Shown: positions 16,476-25,992, counted from the stretch's first letter. The stretch: 60,771 bases of DNA from Patescibacteria group bacterium UBA3531 (GCA_002376885.1 DFOW01000005.1:1-60771); one strand, 5' to 3'. Program-made: numbers and translations. The notes: generated by a model not told the origin, from the sequence alone.

Positions 16476-17366
16476 TTATCGCTTTTTACCGTGGAATTTC
16501 TTATGAATATCTCGCAAGGCCTTATCGGTTACATGGGTATATACCTGGGTGGTTGCAATATTTGCATGGCCAAGCATGGCTTGAACACTACGGAGATCAG
16601 CACCGTTTGAAAGAAGGTCAGTTGCAAAAGAGTGCCGAATAACATGCGGTGTTACTTTTTTACTAATGCCCGCCGCTATTGCATAGTGCTTCACCAATCG
16701 TTCAACGCTTCGTGTGGTGAGCGGGGTAGCATCGTCAATGGTTTTGTCGCTTTTAGGAATTGCCACAAAGAGGTGTTCTGACATGTCAGCACGTTTATCT
16801 AAATAATCCTTGAGTGCATCCCGCGCGCTAGGGGAGAGAAACACCACTCGCACTTTTTGCCCCTTTCCTCGGACTGAAAATTCGTCTCGTTTTAGATCAA
16901 CGGCGTCAATCGTAAGCCCTACAAGCTCCGACACACGGAGTCCTGTAGAGAATAAAAGCTCTAAAATAGCCTTGTCTCGCAACGTTTTTAGATCAGTTCC
17001 TTTTGGGGCCTGAAGCAATCTCTCGAGCTCGTCAGCAGAAATAAGGTCGAGTTCACGCCCTCCCGTTTTTGCAAGCTCGATCCGTTCTGGCGCCAGCGAC
17101 TCAATGCCTCGTTTTGCTAAATATTTCAAAAAAGACCGAAGAGCAATCAGATAATAGTTCTGCGTATTTTTTTTGAGTTCTTCGCGATTGAGGGTAAGAC
17201 GATATTTCCTAACAATATCGTCGGTGATTTTGCGAGGGTCTTTTAACCCAGAGAAATCAATAAACTTAGCAAGGTATCTGTCATAGTTTTCAACCGTTTT
17301 TAAGCTTCGCCCTCGTTCAATTTCAAGGTATTCAAGAAATTCTTGCTTTAAATCATGCAAATCCAT
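16476..17366 (-). CDS. tyrosine recombinase, XerC/XerD family
   Basis: 296 aa; N-terminal SAM-like domain; catalytic region HVIRHSFATDLL...LGHANIATTQVYTHV. Confidence 0.88.
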   Translation of the reverse strand: MDLHDLKQEFLEYLEIERGRSLKTVENYDRYLAKFIDFSGLKDPRKITDDIVRKYRLTLNREELKKNTQNYYLIALRSFLKYLAKRGIESLAPERIELAKTGGRELDLISADELERLLQAPKGTDLKTLRDKAILELLFSTGLRVSELVGLTIDAVDLKRDEFSVRGKGQKVRVVFLSPSARDALKDYLDKRADMSEHLFVAIPKSDKTIDDATPLTTRSVERLVKHYAIAAGISKKVTPHVIRHSFATDLLSNGADLRSVQAMLGHANIATTQVYTHVTDKALRDIHKKFHGKKR

Positions 17367-17486
17367 GGTAGAAGTATACCAGAATATTGTGCGACGTACC
17401 TATGCTGCACAATATTTTGAGTTTATTCGACGTTTTTAATGTTGAATAAACTGTGTTGTGCGACACAACCTAAAAATCTCAAACAC

Positions 17487-17514
17487 TTGACAAAAATTCT
17501 ACCTAGGGTAAAGT
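17487..17514 (+). promoter_or_regulatory. sigma70-like promoter (TTGACA-N16-TAAAGT) for the GC-rich RNA
   Basis: TTGACA 17487-17492; TAAAGT 17509-17514. Confidence 0.45.
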
Positions 17515-17519
17515 ACTCT

Positions 17520-17891
17520 TCACGGCTGGCCGCCTTGCGGGGCACGGGATTCCTACGGGATTCCTCTTGCTACCGCCCGCCCGCCGTAGTCAAAAAACGG
17601 CAAACCTTGGCCCATCACGGGTCAAACGATCTGGGGGATCGAGTGACGAACTCGTCGCATCCGCCGTAGGTCTAGGCGCCCAGGGCGCCCAGGTACAAAC
17701 CGCAGCTAAGCCCGAATGAGGGGCATACGCTCGCCTCGTAGACCGAGGCAACCAGGACCCACAAAGAGATGGAATGTCGCGCCAACGGCCGCGGCCCCAC
17801 TGGGAAAAGCCTCTCACGAATACAGGTCCTTGGGCCGTAAGGTCCTCCGGGGCCGGAATCGACACCACATCGATTCCGGCCCTTCATCTTT
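17520..17891 (+). ncRNA. about 370-nt GC-rich non-coding RNA of unknown class, with its own promoter and terminator
   Basis: No protein-like ORF (the ORFs present are W/R/P-rich). Many local hairpins: CGAGT-GACGA-ACTCG, GCCTCG-TAGAC-CGAGGC, GGCGCC-CAG-GGCGCC. Tandem ACGGGATTCCT x2. Terminator GGCCGGAATCGA-N7-TCGATTCCGGCC (17851-17881) followed by CTTCATCTTTT. Confidence 0.55.
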
Positions 17892-17950
17892 TAATAAACA
17901 CCATTAAACCCTTGCAATAAGCCATATTTAATGCTATTATCATTTTCACG

Positions 17951-18217
17951 ATGTTAAAGACAAAGAAAAAGCAGGCAATCATTAAGAAGAGCCGAAGAAA
18001 CGATAAAGACACTGGATCACCCGAGGTCCAGGTTTCTATGCTGACTGAACAAATCAAAGAACTCACAAAACACCTAAAAAAGCATCAAAAAGATAATCAC
18101 TCTAGGCGAGGCCTCCTTGCCATGGTTGCAAAACGACGCAGCCACCTTAAATACCTTGAGAAGAATGACACACGACGCTACAATGCAATCGTGAAGAAGC
18201 TTTCTCTCAAGCGCTAA
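17951..18217 (+). CDS. rpsO: 30S ribosomal protein S15
   Basis: 88 aa; DTGSPEVQV...LT..I..L..HLK.H.KD.HSRRGLL.MV..RR..L.YL pattern. Confidence 0.93.
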   Translation: MLKTKKKQAIIKKSRRNDKDTGSPEVQVSMLTEQIKELTKHLKKHQKDNHSRRGLLAMVAKRRSHLKYLEKNDTRRYNAIVKKLSLKR

Positions 18218-18220
18218 GAC

Positions 18221-18760
18221 ATGCCAATTGTAAAGCAGAAAAATCAACGAGTGGGTGTTTTTATAGACACTCAGAACCTTTATCACAGTGCTAAAAACTT
18301 GTACAAAGCACGCGTTAACTTTGCAAACGTTTTAAAAGACGCGGTTGCTGGACGAAACCTGGTCCGAGCTATTGCCTATGTGGTAACTACCGAAGCCGGA
18401 GACGAAAAGGCTTTCTTTGAGGCGCTTGAAAAAATTGGGATCGAAACAAAAACAAAAGACCTTCAGATATTCTATGGAGGTGCAAAAAAGGCAGACTGGG
18501 ACGTAGGGCTCGCCGTTGACGCCATTAAACTTGCACCAAAGCTTGATGCCATTGTTATCGCGTCAGGTGATGGAGACTTTGTTCCTCTAGTAGAGTATCT
18601 TAAGGCAGAAACCCAAGTCGAGGTGGTTTCGTTCGGTAAAAGCTCATCAAGTAAATTACGTGAATGCGCAGATGACTTTATTGACATGGATGAAACCCCT
18701 GGACGTTACCTTTTGGGTAAGGGCTCATGGATTCCTAAGGTACCAGGAATTAATAAGTAA
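18221..18760 (+). CDS. NYN domain (LabA/DUF88-like) protein
   Basis: 179 aa; VGVFIDTQNLYHS...IASGDGDFVPLV pattern. Confidence 0.8.
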   Translation: MPIVKQKNQRVGVFIDTQNLYHSAKNLYKARVNFANVLKDAVAGRNLVRAIAYVVTTEAGDEKAFFEALEKIGIETKTKDLQIFYGGAKKADWDVGLAVDAIKLAPKLDAIVIASGDGDFVPLVEYLKAETQVEVVSFGKSSSSKLRECADDFIDMDETPGRYLLGKGSWIPKVPGINK

Positions 18761-18922
18761 GTCGTACATTACACATTAATCGTTTCGTCGACAGATAGAT
18801 AGATTTGAAATTGATTCAAGTCTAAAATCTGGCGATGAAACCCATCGCACTACTTGTCCTGTTAGAAATTTCAACAGACACAGTACTGCAACTATTATTA
18901 GTCTTTAAAAATTTCTAATAGG

Positions 18923-21112
18923 ATGCAAACAAAAGAATACACCTGCCAGGTTGATGGTAAAACCATCACGGCAACCTTTTCTGATCTTGCAGATCAGGCA
19001 CACGGATCAGTTATTGTAAAAAGTGGTAACACCGCTGTACTTGCAACGGCTGTCATGAGTCCAGTAGAGAAAAAAGATCTAGACTATTTTCCACTTGTTG
19101 TTGATTATGAAGAAAAGTTTTACGCCGCGGGCCTTCTTTTAGGAGGACGCTTCATGAAACGAGAGGGACGCCCGAGCGAAGAAGCAATTTTAGCGGGCCG
19201 AATGGTAGACAGAACCATCCGTCCGCTCTTTGATCACAACGTGCGCAACGAAGTGCAAGTGGTTATCACTGTTCTATCAATCGATGAAGAACAAGACCCC
19301 GATGTTTTGGGAATTATTGCGGCATCGCTTGCGCTTGGAACTTCAAATATTCCATGGGCAGGCCCCGTTGGTGCAGTACGAATTGGAATAAACCAAAAAG
19401 GAGATTCTTTTACCGTTAATCCAAACTATACCGAACGAGAAGACTGTTACCTCGACATGCTCGTATGCGGAAAGGGAGGAAACATTAACATGATTGAAAC
19501 TGCCGGAGGCCAAGTTTCCGAAGACGAGGCCAGCAAAGCATTTGAAAAGGCGATTGAAGAGATCACAAAGCTTGAAGAATGGCAAAACAAAATCATAAAA
19601 GAAGTTGGTGAAACCAAAAAAGAAGCTCCTGAACATAAAGAAAACACCGAGCTCGTGAAACTCTATGAAGACAAGATTGGTTACAAAAAAATGGTTGACT
19701 ATGTCTTTGGACACGGGGCTGGAAAGACAGGGATTAACATGTTGTTTGACGAGTGGCGAGACATGCTCGAAGAAGCCTTCCCCGAAGATGCTTCAATGGT
19801 TACCAAAGGGTTCCATTTTATGCACGAGCAAATTGATATTGCTCTTCATAAAGAAGCACTCGAGAACAATAAGCGACCTGACGGCAGGGGATTTGACGAA
19901 GTGAGAGACCTACATGCCCAAGCAGGCGGAGTTTCTGACTCGCTCCATGGTGTTGGAATTTTTTACCGAGGTGGAACTCATGTATTAAGTGTCTTAACTC
20001 TTGGTGGACCACAAGATTCTCAACTTGTTGAGGGAATGGAGTTCCGCGGCAAAAAACATTTCATGCATCACTATAACTTCCCGCCATTCTCAAGTGGAGA
20101 AACCGGACGAATTGGAGGAGTAAACCGGCGCGCCATCGGGCACGGAGCACTTGCAGAAAAGGCACTCAAGGCAGTTTTGCCGACACATGAAGAATTTCCG
20201 TACACCATGCGACTCGTTTCAGAATCAATGGCATCAAACGGATCAACGTCTATGGCAAGTGTATGTGGATCAACGCTCGCTCTTATGGATGCAGGAGTCC
20301 CTATAAAACGTCCTGTGGCAGGAATCGCCATGGGCCTCATGACCGATGGAAAAACACACAAAGTATTAACCGACATCCAGGGTCCAGAAGACCATCACGG
20401 TGACATGGACTTTAAAGTTGCGGGGACAAATGAAGGGATCACCGCAATACAAATGGATGTAAAAGTAGATGGCATTCCTGTAGATGTATTAAAAGAGGCG
20501 CTCAAAGATGCCAAAGCTGCGCGACTTCATATTTTAAAAACGATTACAAGCGCAATCCCAGAACCAAGAAAAGAAATGAAAGAAAGTGCTCCGCGAGTTA
20601 TCTCACTGCCTATCGATGAAGAAAAGATTGGTTTACTTATTGGTCCAGGAGGAAAAACGATCCGTGGACTTGTTGAACAAACGGGCGCACAAATTGACGT
20701 TGAACAAGACGGTGAAGATCGAGTCATTATTACCGGTAAAAAAGAGGCAACCGATAAAGCGCTCGAAGCCGTCGGTGCCATTACCAAAGAATGGAGTGTT
20801 GGCGACACCACAGAAGGTGAGGTGGTTAAGCTCTTTGACTTTGGGGCCGTGGTAAAAATTTCAGATTATGCAGAAGGACTAGTACACATTTCAGAAATCG
20901 CACCAGACAGAATCGAAAACATTGCCGAATACGTTTGCACGGGCGACACTGTTCCTGTAAAAGTTATTAAAACCGACATGGGCGGTAAATTATCGCTTTC
21001 AATTAAACAAGCAGACCCTGATTACGCAAAAAAACGTGGCAAAAAAGCCTGCGATGCAGAAGTTATCAAAAAATCAGATAATGGACGCGGACGTCCAGGA
21101 GGGAGACAATAA
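18923..21112 (+). CDS. pnp: polyribonucleotide nucleotidyltransferase (PNPase)
   Basis: 729 aa; two RNase PH domains, KH (LLIGPGGKTIRGL) and S1 (GEVVKLFDFGAVVKI) domains. Confidence 0.95.
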   Translation: MQTKEYTCQVDGKTITATFSDLADQAHGSVIVKSGNTAVLATAVMSPVEKKDLDYFPLVVDYEEKFYAAGLLLGGRFMKREGRPSEEAILAGRMVDRTIRPLFDHNVRNEVQVVITVLSIDEEQDPDVLGIIAASLALGTSNIPWAGPVGAVRIGINQKGDSFTVNPNYTEREDCYLDMLVCGKGGNINMIETAGGQVSEDEASKAFEKAIEEITKLEEWQNKIIKEVGETKKEAPEHKENTELVKLYEDKIGYKKMVDYVFGHGAGKTGINMLFDEWRDMLEEAFPEDASMVTKGFHFMHEQIDIALHKEALENNKRPDGRGFDEVRDLHAQAGGVSDSLHGVGIFYRGGTHVLSVLTLGGPQDSQLVEGMEFRGKKHFMHHYNFPPFSSGETGRIGGVNRRAIGHGALAEKALKAVLPTHEEFPYTMRLVSESMASNGSTSMASVCGSTLALMDAGVPIKRPVAGIAMGLMTDGKTHKVLTDIQGPEDHHGDMDFKVAGTNEGITAIQMDVKVDGIPVDVLKEALKDAKAARLHILKTITSAIPEPRKEMKESAPRVISLPIDEEKIGLLIGPGGKTIRGLVEQTGAQIDVEQDGEDRVIITGKKEATDKALEAVGAITKEWSVGDTTEGEVVKLFDFGAVVKISDYAEGLVHISEIAPDRIENIAEYVCTGDTVPVKVIKTDMGGKLSLSIKQADPDYAKKRGKKACDAEVIKKSDNGRGRPGGRQ

Positions 21113-21135
21113 ATTTTTATAAATAATAAAAACTA

Positions 21136-21168
21136 AAAAGCCCGGGAGTGTTACCTTCCGGGCTTTTT
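21136..21168. terminator. bidirectional terminator shared by pnp and the convergent GC-rich cassette B
   Basis: AAAAAGCCCGGGA-N8-TCCGGGCTTTTT. Confidence 0.75.
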
Positions 21169-21180
21169 GGCTACCGCTGG

Positions 21181-21459
21181 CTACTGCCAGCTTTCGTCGC
21201 CTCTGAAATCCTCGAAGATGTCCTGTGTTGCATCTTTGTCGTCGCTCCACAGGATTACATTGAATCCCGAGAGATCATCCTTTTGCCGAATCTGGACAGA
21301 GGCAATTTCTCCCTCATACTCCGTGTCACCGACATGAAGGGCAAGCTCTGCACCAGCCGCCGGAACGAAGGGGAGGATGAAGTCCTTTGAGAAGATCTCT
21401 TCATTCTCTTCACGACCAAGAACCACCACAACCGTGACACAAATTTCAGGAACACTCAT
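21181..21459 (-). CDS. hypothetical acidic 92-aa protein, GC-rich (cassette B)
   Basis: ATG with AGGAGG 5 nt upstream; protein-like composition; the overlapping plus-strand 201-aa ORF is S/T-rich low-complexity. Confidence 0.6.
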   Translation of the reverse strand: MSVPEICVTVVVVLGREENEEIFSKDFILPFVPAAGAELALHVGDTEYEGEIASVQIRQKDDLSGFNVILWSDDKDATQDIFEDFRGDESWQ

Positions 21460-21649
21460 CGTGTCCTCCTTAAAAGAACATTCTGTTTCGTCTTGCCGAT
21501 TTGACTTGGAAGACTCGTCAGTCAGCCTTGGGCTGAGACAGAGGAAGTTTTTGAATAGAACTTCCGAAACTATGGAACCTGTGGTCTCGCCCGTGTTCCC
21601 CGATGGTTATTACCTCCACCGGTTGGCACGGATCCCCACTCACGCAAGG

Positions 21650-21931
21650 TTACCATTCGTCGGCGCGGTATTCTCTGCACAAGCGCTCACCGTACTCCAG
21701 TTTGGTACCATCTCCTGGGTACACAACAATACGGTTAAGGTGGGATGCCCACGATGCTCGCTCACCATACACTTCGCGCACAGCACAGCAAATCACATCC
21801 CACGCAACGCTCTTCAGCCAAACAAGTCCCTCTCCGTCACCCATTTTGTAGACAGGGTTGTCTCGCAGTTCGCGCAACTCTTCATAGAGTTGCGCGTATG
21901 CCCGCCAAGCCTCTATGACACGGGTATCCAT
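21650..21931 (-). CDS. hypothetical 93-aa protein, GC-rich (cassette B)
   Basis: ATG at 21931 with AAGGAG 7 nt upstream (the track starts one codon earlier, at a GTG). Confidence 0.6.
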   Translation of the reverse strand: MDTRVIEAWRAYAQLYEELRELRDNPVYKMGDGEGLVWLKSVAWDVICCAVREVYGERASWASHLNRIVVYPGDGTKLEYGERLCREYRADEW

Positions 21932-22123
21932 CACGATTCTCCTTGCAAAGAACTAGTGGGCATTATTGCCCGAGAGGGATAAGCACTTACTCATCACCTC
22001 ACTATTTCTACGCCAATTATATTCTAATCTGTCAAGTTTGTGCGTTTATATAGATACGTTTTATTATAAATACCTATATTTTTAGCCATATCTTAGATAC
22101 ATATTTAATTTTGTGCGTTTGGA

Positions 22124-22151
22124 TTGACAAAAATAGAGTGTTTTGTATGCT
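22124..22151 (+). promoter_or_regulatory. promoter (TTGACA-N16-TATGCT); predicted leaderless or near-leaderless trmB-like mRNA
   Basis: The -10 element ends 6 nt before the ATG at 22158, and there is no room for an RBS. Confidence 0.45.
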
Positions 22152-22157
22152 TAAGTC

Positions 22158-22970
22158 ATGTATGAATTTGATGCATTACTAGCAGAAAAGCTTGAACGGG
22201 CGGGGCTTTCCGATAAAGAGGCATCTGTTTATACGGCACTTTTGGGCACAAAAGGAGCCTTTCCATCAAGAATAGCCCAAATTACCAAGCTCAACCGCAC
22301 CACTATCTACCATATTCTTGATTCGCTTATGGTTAAGGGGCTGGTAACGGAGCTTGAGAAAAGAAGTAAGCTCTTCTACCAAGCCGAGCACCCACGAAAT
22401 GTGGAACGACTTGCACAAAATCGGATTGTACAAGCAAAACGCAACCTTGAGTACGCACAAGGACTCCTTCCCAAACTTGAAGGGCTTTTTGCACGCGCCG
22501 ACAACAAGCCGATTGTTAAATTTTTTGAAGGAAAAGAAGGGGTTTTGAGAGTATATGAGGACCACATTGCTACAGACAAGCCCTATGAGATGCTTGGATG
22601 GAGCAATACGGCTAACTTAATGAAATTTCTCCCTCAGTCCTTTATTGACTCTTATATTAAAAAGAAGGAGAAAATTGGAATTACCACACGAGGAATATTC
22701 CCTGACACCGAGACAGATGTTGAATACAATAAAAGAATTTACAAGGGAGTGTCCGAGAAAACCCAAGTGAAGCATAAAAATATTCCCCAAAAAGACTTTC
22801 CGTACAACAGCGAAATTACTGTGTATGGAGACAACAAGGTATCCATTATTAACTTCAACGAACCGCAACCGGCGGGAACTATTATAGAAGACAAGACAAT
22901 CCACGGCATGATGAGAATGATTTTTGAACTGTCATGGGCGGGCGCAAGTGTAGAACCAATTAAAAAGTAA
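22158..22970 (+). CDS. TrmB family transcriptional regulator
   Basis: 270 aa; N-terminal winged HTH (LSDKEASVYTALLGTKGAFPSRIAQITKLNRTTIYHILDSLMVKGLV) plus C-terminal effector-like domain. Confidence 0.75.
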   Translation: MYEFDALLAEKLERAGLSDKEASVYTALLGTKGAFPSRIAQITKLNRTTIYHILDSLMVKGLVTELEKRSKLFYQAEHPRNVERLAQNRIVQAKRNLEYAQGLLPKLEGLFARADNKPIVKFFEGKEGVLRVYEDHIATDKPYEMLGWSNTANLMKFLPQSFIDSYIKKKEKIGITTRGIFPDTETDVEYNKRIYKGVSEKTQVKHKNIPQKDFPYNSEITVYGDNKVSIINFNEPQPAGTIIEDKTIHGMMRMIFELSWAGASVEPIKK

Positions 22971-22986
22971 GTTATAATACAAACCA

Positions 22987-24504
22987 ATGGCAGAACACTC
23001 TCAAAAAAAACAAGGTCCTGTTACAAAAGAAGCTGACGCACTGTTAGAGGATCTTGATCTTCCGCCTATCAGAACCCTTCAGGGTGATTTGGCAAACTTA
23101 CTTGAAAAAAACAAACTCACAGAAGGTGACTTCAAAAAGCTCGACAAAAACTTACGTCGAGAAACTGAAAGCTATCGCAAAAAAGGAGGAGATAAAAAAG
23201 CGGGAGATATGCTCAAGCTCTTTGCAGAAGAAACTGAAAGTGTGACCTCTAAAAAAGATACGGGCCCTGACGAAATTTCTAAACTCTTCTCAAGTCCTAA
23301 AGATACTTTTGTAGATAAGGCAAGCAAAAAGGCACGGATCGATACTGAAAAATTAAAGAAAAACCTTATTTATGAATCAGGAGACGGAGGAGGGCCACTC
23401 CCGAAAGGTGACTCCCCTAAACCTGCCCCTAAAAAAGCAGAAGAAGAAAAGACGGATCCTTCAATTATTCTCCCCCAAAAAAACTCTAAAGAAAAAGAGG
23501 GGCAAACTCCTATTGTTGCAACGCAATCTCCTATAACTCCTAAAAAAGAATCTCCAAAAGATCACACAGATGGAATAGTTGGAGGGACCCCTGTCAGAAC
23601 ACTTCCAAAGATTGTTAAAAAACCGCCTCCGCCTCCACCACCAAAACCAAATCCACTCGTTGAGCTCGAAAAGGAACGCATGCGGATCCAAAATGAATTG
23701 CAAAGTCTTCCGGCAAAAGAGCAGGTGATTGATCAAAACATTCAAAAATTAAACGAGCAAAAAGAACGGCTCACTAACTTTTTAAATCCACTCGTACAAA
23801 AAGAGGCAGAGATTGAAGAACGCATTACTCAAATAGAAACCCAAGAAGCACAAACCCCTGACGTTGCAACACGCAAGCAATTAGAACAAACCCGGTGGAC
23901 TCTTGAAGACCAAAGACGAGAAACTGAAGAAAAGCGTTGGCAGGCAGACCAAGAAATTATCAAACTTCAAAAAGATATTGAAGAAGCCGCAGGACGAAAA
24001 CAAACATTCACTAATAAACGAACATCGCTTGAGCTTGAGCTCACTAACCTTGATAAAAAGAAGCGTGCACTTTTGGCAGAAAAAGAACTCAACATTTTGC
24101 GCGACAAACTAGAAGAGGTTGAAACCATGAAGGAACCACTTGAACTTGAATGGATTAGCTTGAACGAACGAAAAGAACGAGACACAAGTGACCTAACACG
24201 ACTCACTAATGAAGAGGAAGGTGTCTTGGCAAAACTTCGTGATGTAGAAATCCAAGAGAGAGAGACAAGTGATCCTAATCAGCGTCACTCTTTTGAAGTT
24301 GAGCGCTGGAAGACAGAAGAAGCACGTCGTGAGATCGAAAAAAACAAATGGTCTCTTGAAGAAGAGCTTGAGAACATCACAAACGGAATGAAGGAACTTG
24401 GTATAAAGTATAAAAAAGTACTTGAAGCAGAAGCATTAATTGAAGAAAAAATAGAAGAGCTCGAAACTCTCCAAAGTGAAGTAGAGGTAAGTACTAATTT
24501 CTAA
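22987..24504 (+). CDS. coiled-coil protein with poly-proline tract, function unknown
   Basis: 505 aa; KKPPPPPPPKPNP followed by a long E/K/Q heptad region. Confidence 0.65.
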   Translation: MAEHSQKKQGPVTKEADALLEDLDLPPIRTLQGDLANLLEKNKLTEGDFKKLDKNLRRETESYRKKGGDKKAGDMLKLFAEETESVTSKKDTGPDEISKLFSSPKDTFVDKASKKARIDTEKLKKNLIYESGDGGGPLPKGDSPKPAPKKAEEEKTDPSIILPQKNSKEKEGQTPIVATQSPITPKKESPKDHTDGIVGGTPVRTLPKIVKKPPPPPPPKPNPLVELEKERMRIQNELQSLPAKEQVIDQNIQKLNEQKERLTNFLNPLVQKEAEIEERITQIETQEAQTPDVATRKQLEQTRWTLEDQRRETEEKRWQADQEIIKLQKDIEEAAGRKQTFTNKRTSLELELTNLDKKKRALLAEKELNILRDKLEEVETMKEPLELEWISLNERKERDTSDLTRLTNEEEGVLAKLRDVEIQERETSDPNQRHSFEVERWKTEEARREIEKNKWSLEEELENITNGMKELGIKYKKVLEAEALIEEKIEELETLQSEVEVSTNF

Positions 24505-24510
24505 ACACCC

Positions 24511-25905
24511 ATGGCAGATACGAACGATAAGGGGAACGGAAAAGAATATGAATCAAAACTAGAAGAAGCCAGACGAGAACTCTCTGGTAGTTTTTCGTCG
24601 CCACGTGCAAAAACAGCCGATGAATCTGCCGTACACGCCATACAAAAAGATGAAGTTCTTTCTAATCTTTCTGACGATGAACTTGCCGAAAAAAAACGAG
24701 AGGCACAAATGGCACTTGGTGGCGCACCCAGGCAAAAAAAGAGGGTGTACTCAAAACTTGAGCGAGAAGCTCTTGCTCGTGCACAAGATGTGTCTCGCAT
24801 TATGAAGGCGCGAGAAGAAGAACACGAAAGATCTCGCACCGCACCGCCCCCAACTAATTTACCTGGAACACATGTTGCCCCTCCTAAGGTCACTCCCGAT
24901 CAAGTCCATTTTAAAAAACAAGTCACCAAACCATCATATGCCACACGATTTGTTGCTTCAGTCAAAGATTCTGATATCGATGCCCTTTTAAATGAAACAA
25001 AAGGAGAGAAAAATAAAGATGTGGAACAAGCACCCGTTGTGAAACCGGCACAAACAAACCCATTACCACAACTTAAAAAACAAACAGATCACGAAAAACT
25101 TTCTGAAGAGATCACCAAAGAGAAACAATCACTTGTTCAACTTGCTATTGAAGAACAAAAGCGTCGGGCCGCACTCTCCCAAAGTGGATATTATGAAAAG
25201 GCGCAACGTCGCCAAACCGTTATTATTATTGCCGCAATTGTGTTTGCACTCTTGGGAACAGGACTCATTATTTATAATGTCTTTTTGACGCGTCCCGAGG
25301 TTGAGATTCCAACGGGCCCTGAAGCACAAGAATATTTGGTAACGCCAAACACTGTTCGGAGTCTTTCTCTCTCTCCTCTTTTGACTGCCCCCGACCGGTT
25401 TCAATCACTTGTTACCGAAGTTACGCTTGACCCTGGCTCAATCCAAGCAATTCGAGTTACACAAGAAGAAGGAACTGGTATTGTTGCGCCCGTTAATGAA
25501 ACACTCTCTGGTCTTTCAATCGACATTCCAGAAGAACTTGCACGAACACTAGGGAGCGATTACATGGTTGGTGCATATGGAGACATTAGCAATTATGCAT
25601 TCTTGGTGCTCCAGGTTGATTCCTTCTCGCAAGCGTTTTCATCTATCCTTTCGTGGGAGCGCGAGGGACTTGCCGGACTTTATAATGTCTTAACCGGAAG
25701 CACCATAAACGTAGAAGCCCGTGGAACGAGCTGGAAGGATGTTTATATTAGAAATATTGATGCACGAGTCCTTGAAAACCGCTCCGGAGACATCTTCCTT
25801 GTCTATTCATTTATTGATAAGAATACCTTGGTTATTGCGCCTTCAGTTAACACCTTCCTTGAGATCGTAGACAGAACCCGCACACCAGAACAGATTTTAC
25901 GGTAG
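24511..25905 (+). CDS. single-pass membrane protein, function unknown
   Basis: 464 aa; charged N-terminal half, TM TVIIIAAIVFALLGTGLIIYNVF, extracytoplasmic C-terminal domain. Confidence 0.65.
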   Translation: MADTNDKGNGKEYESKLEEARRELSGSFSSPRAKTADESAVHAIQKDEVLSNLSDDELAEKKREAQMALGGAPRQKKRVYSKLEREALARAQDVSRIMKAREEEHERSRTAPPPTNLPGTHVAPPKVTPDQVHFKKQVTKPSYATRFVASVKDSDIDALLNETKGEKNKDVEQAPVVKPAQTNPLPQLKKQTDHEKLSEEITKEKQSLVQLAIEEQKRRAALSQSGYYEKAQRRQTVIIIAAIVFALLGTGLIIYNVFLTRPEVEIPTGPEAQEYLVTPNTVRSLSLSPLLTAPDRFQSLVTEVTLDPGSIQAIRVTQEEGTGIVAPVNETLSGLSIDIPEELARTLGSDYMVGAYGDISNYAFLVLQVDSFSQAFSSILSWEREGLAGLYNVLTGSTINVEARGTSWKDVYIRNIDARVLENRSGDIFLVYSFIDKNTLVIAPSVNTFLEIVDRTRTPEQILR

Positions 25906-25918
25906 TGTGTTTTTGATA

Positions 25919-25947
25919 TTGACATTACAAAAAATAAAGTGTATTAT
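25919..25947 (+). promoter_or_regulatory. promoter (TTGACA-N17-TATTAT) of GC-rich cassette C
   Basis: TTGACA 25919-25924; TATTAT 25942-25947. Confidence 0.5.
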
Positions 25948-25992
25948 ATTTTTTAGAAATTTCGCCCTTTTTAAATAAGAGGAGAATCTCAA

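Noticed and set aside
16476-17366. Treating the tyrosine recombinase as the integrase of a mobile element
   Set aside because: Its length and motifs are those of chromosomal XerC/XerD. No flanking att repeats or cargo genes are present. I only note it as possibly linked to the nearby AATGTCCTT repeats.
17520-17891. Calling the 370-nt RNA RNase P RNA or tmRNA
   Set aside because: The size fits. However, I could not locate the P4 strands (GGAAAGUCC and ACAGAA...GGCUUA). I also found no acceptor/T-arm with CCA and no tag ORF ending in Ala-Ala. The identity is left open.
17590-17907. ORFs of 63-92 aa inside the 17.5-kb GC-rich segment
   Set aside because: The W/R/P-rich translations have no RBS. 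The segment is bracketed by a promoter and a terminator and is full of hairpins, so I treat it as ncRNA.
21377-21982. 201-aa plus-strand ORF across cassette B
   Set aside because: It is an S/T/R-rich low-complexity translation. It spans the inter-ORF spacer and opposes two minus-strand ORFs that have strong RBSs.
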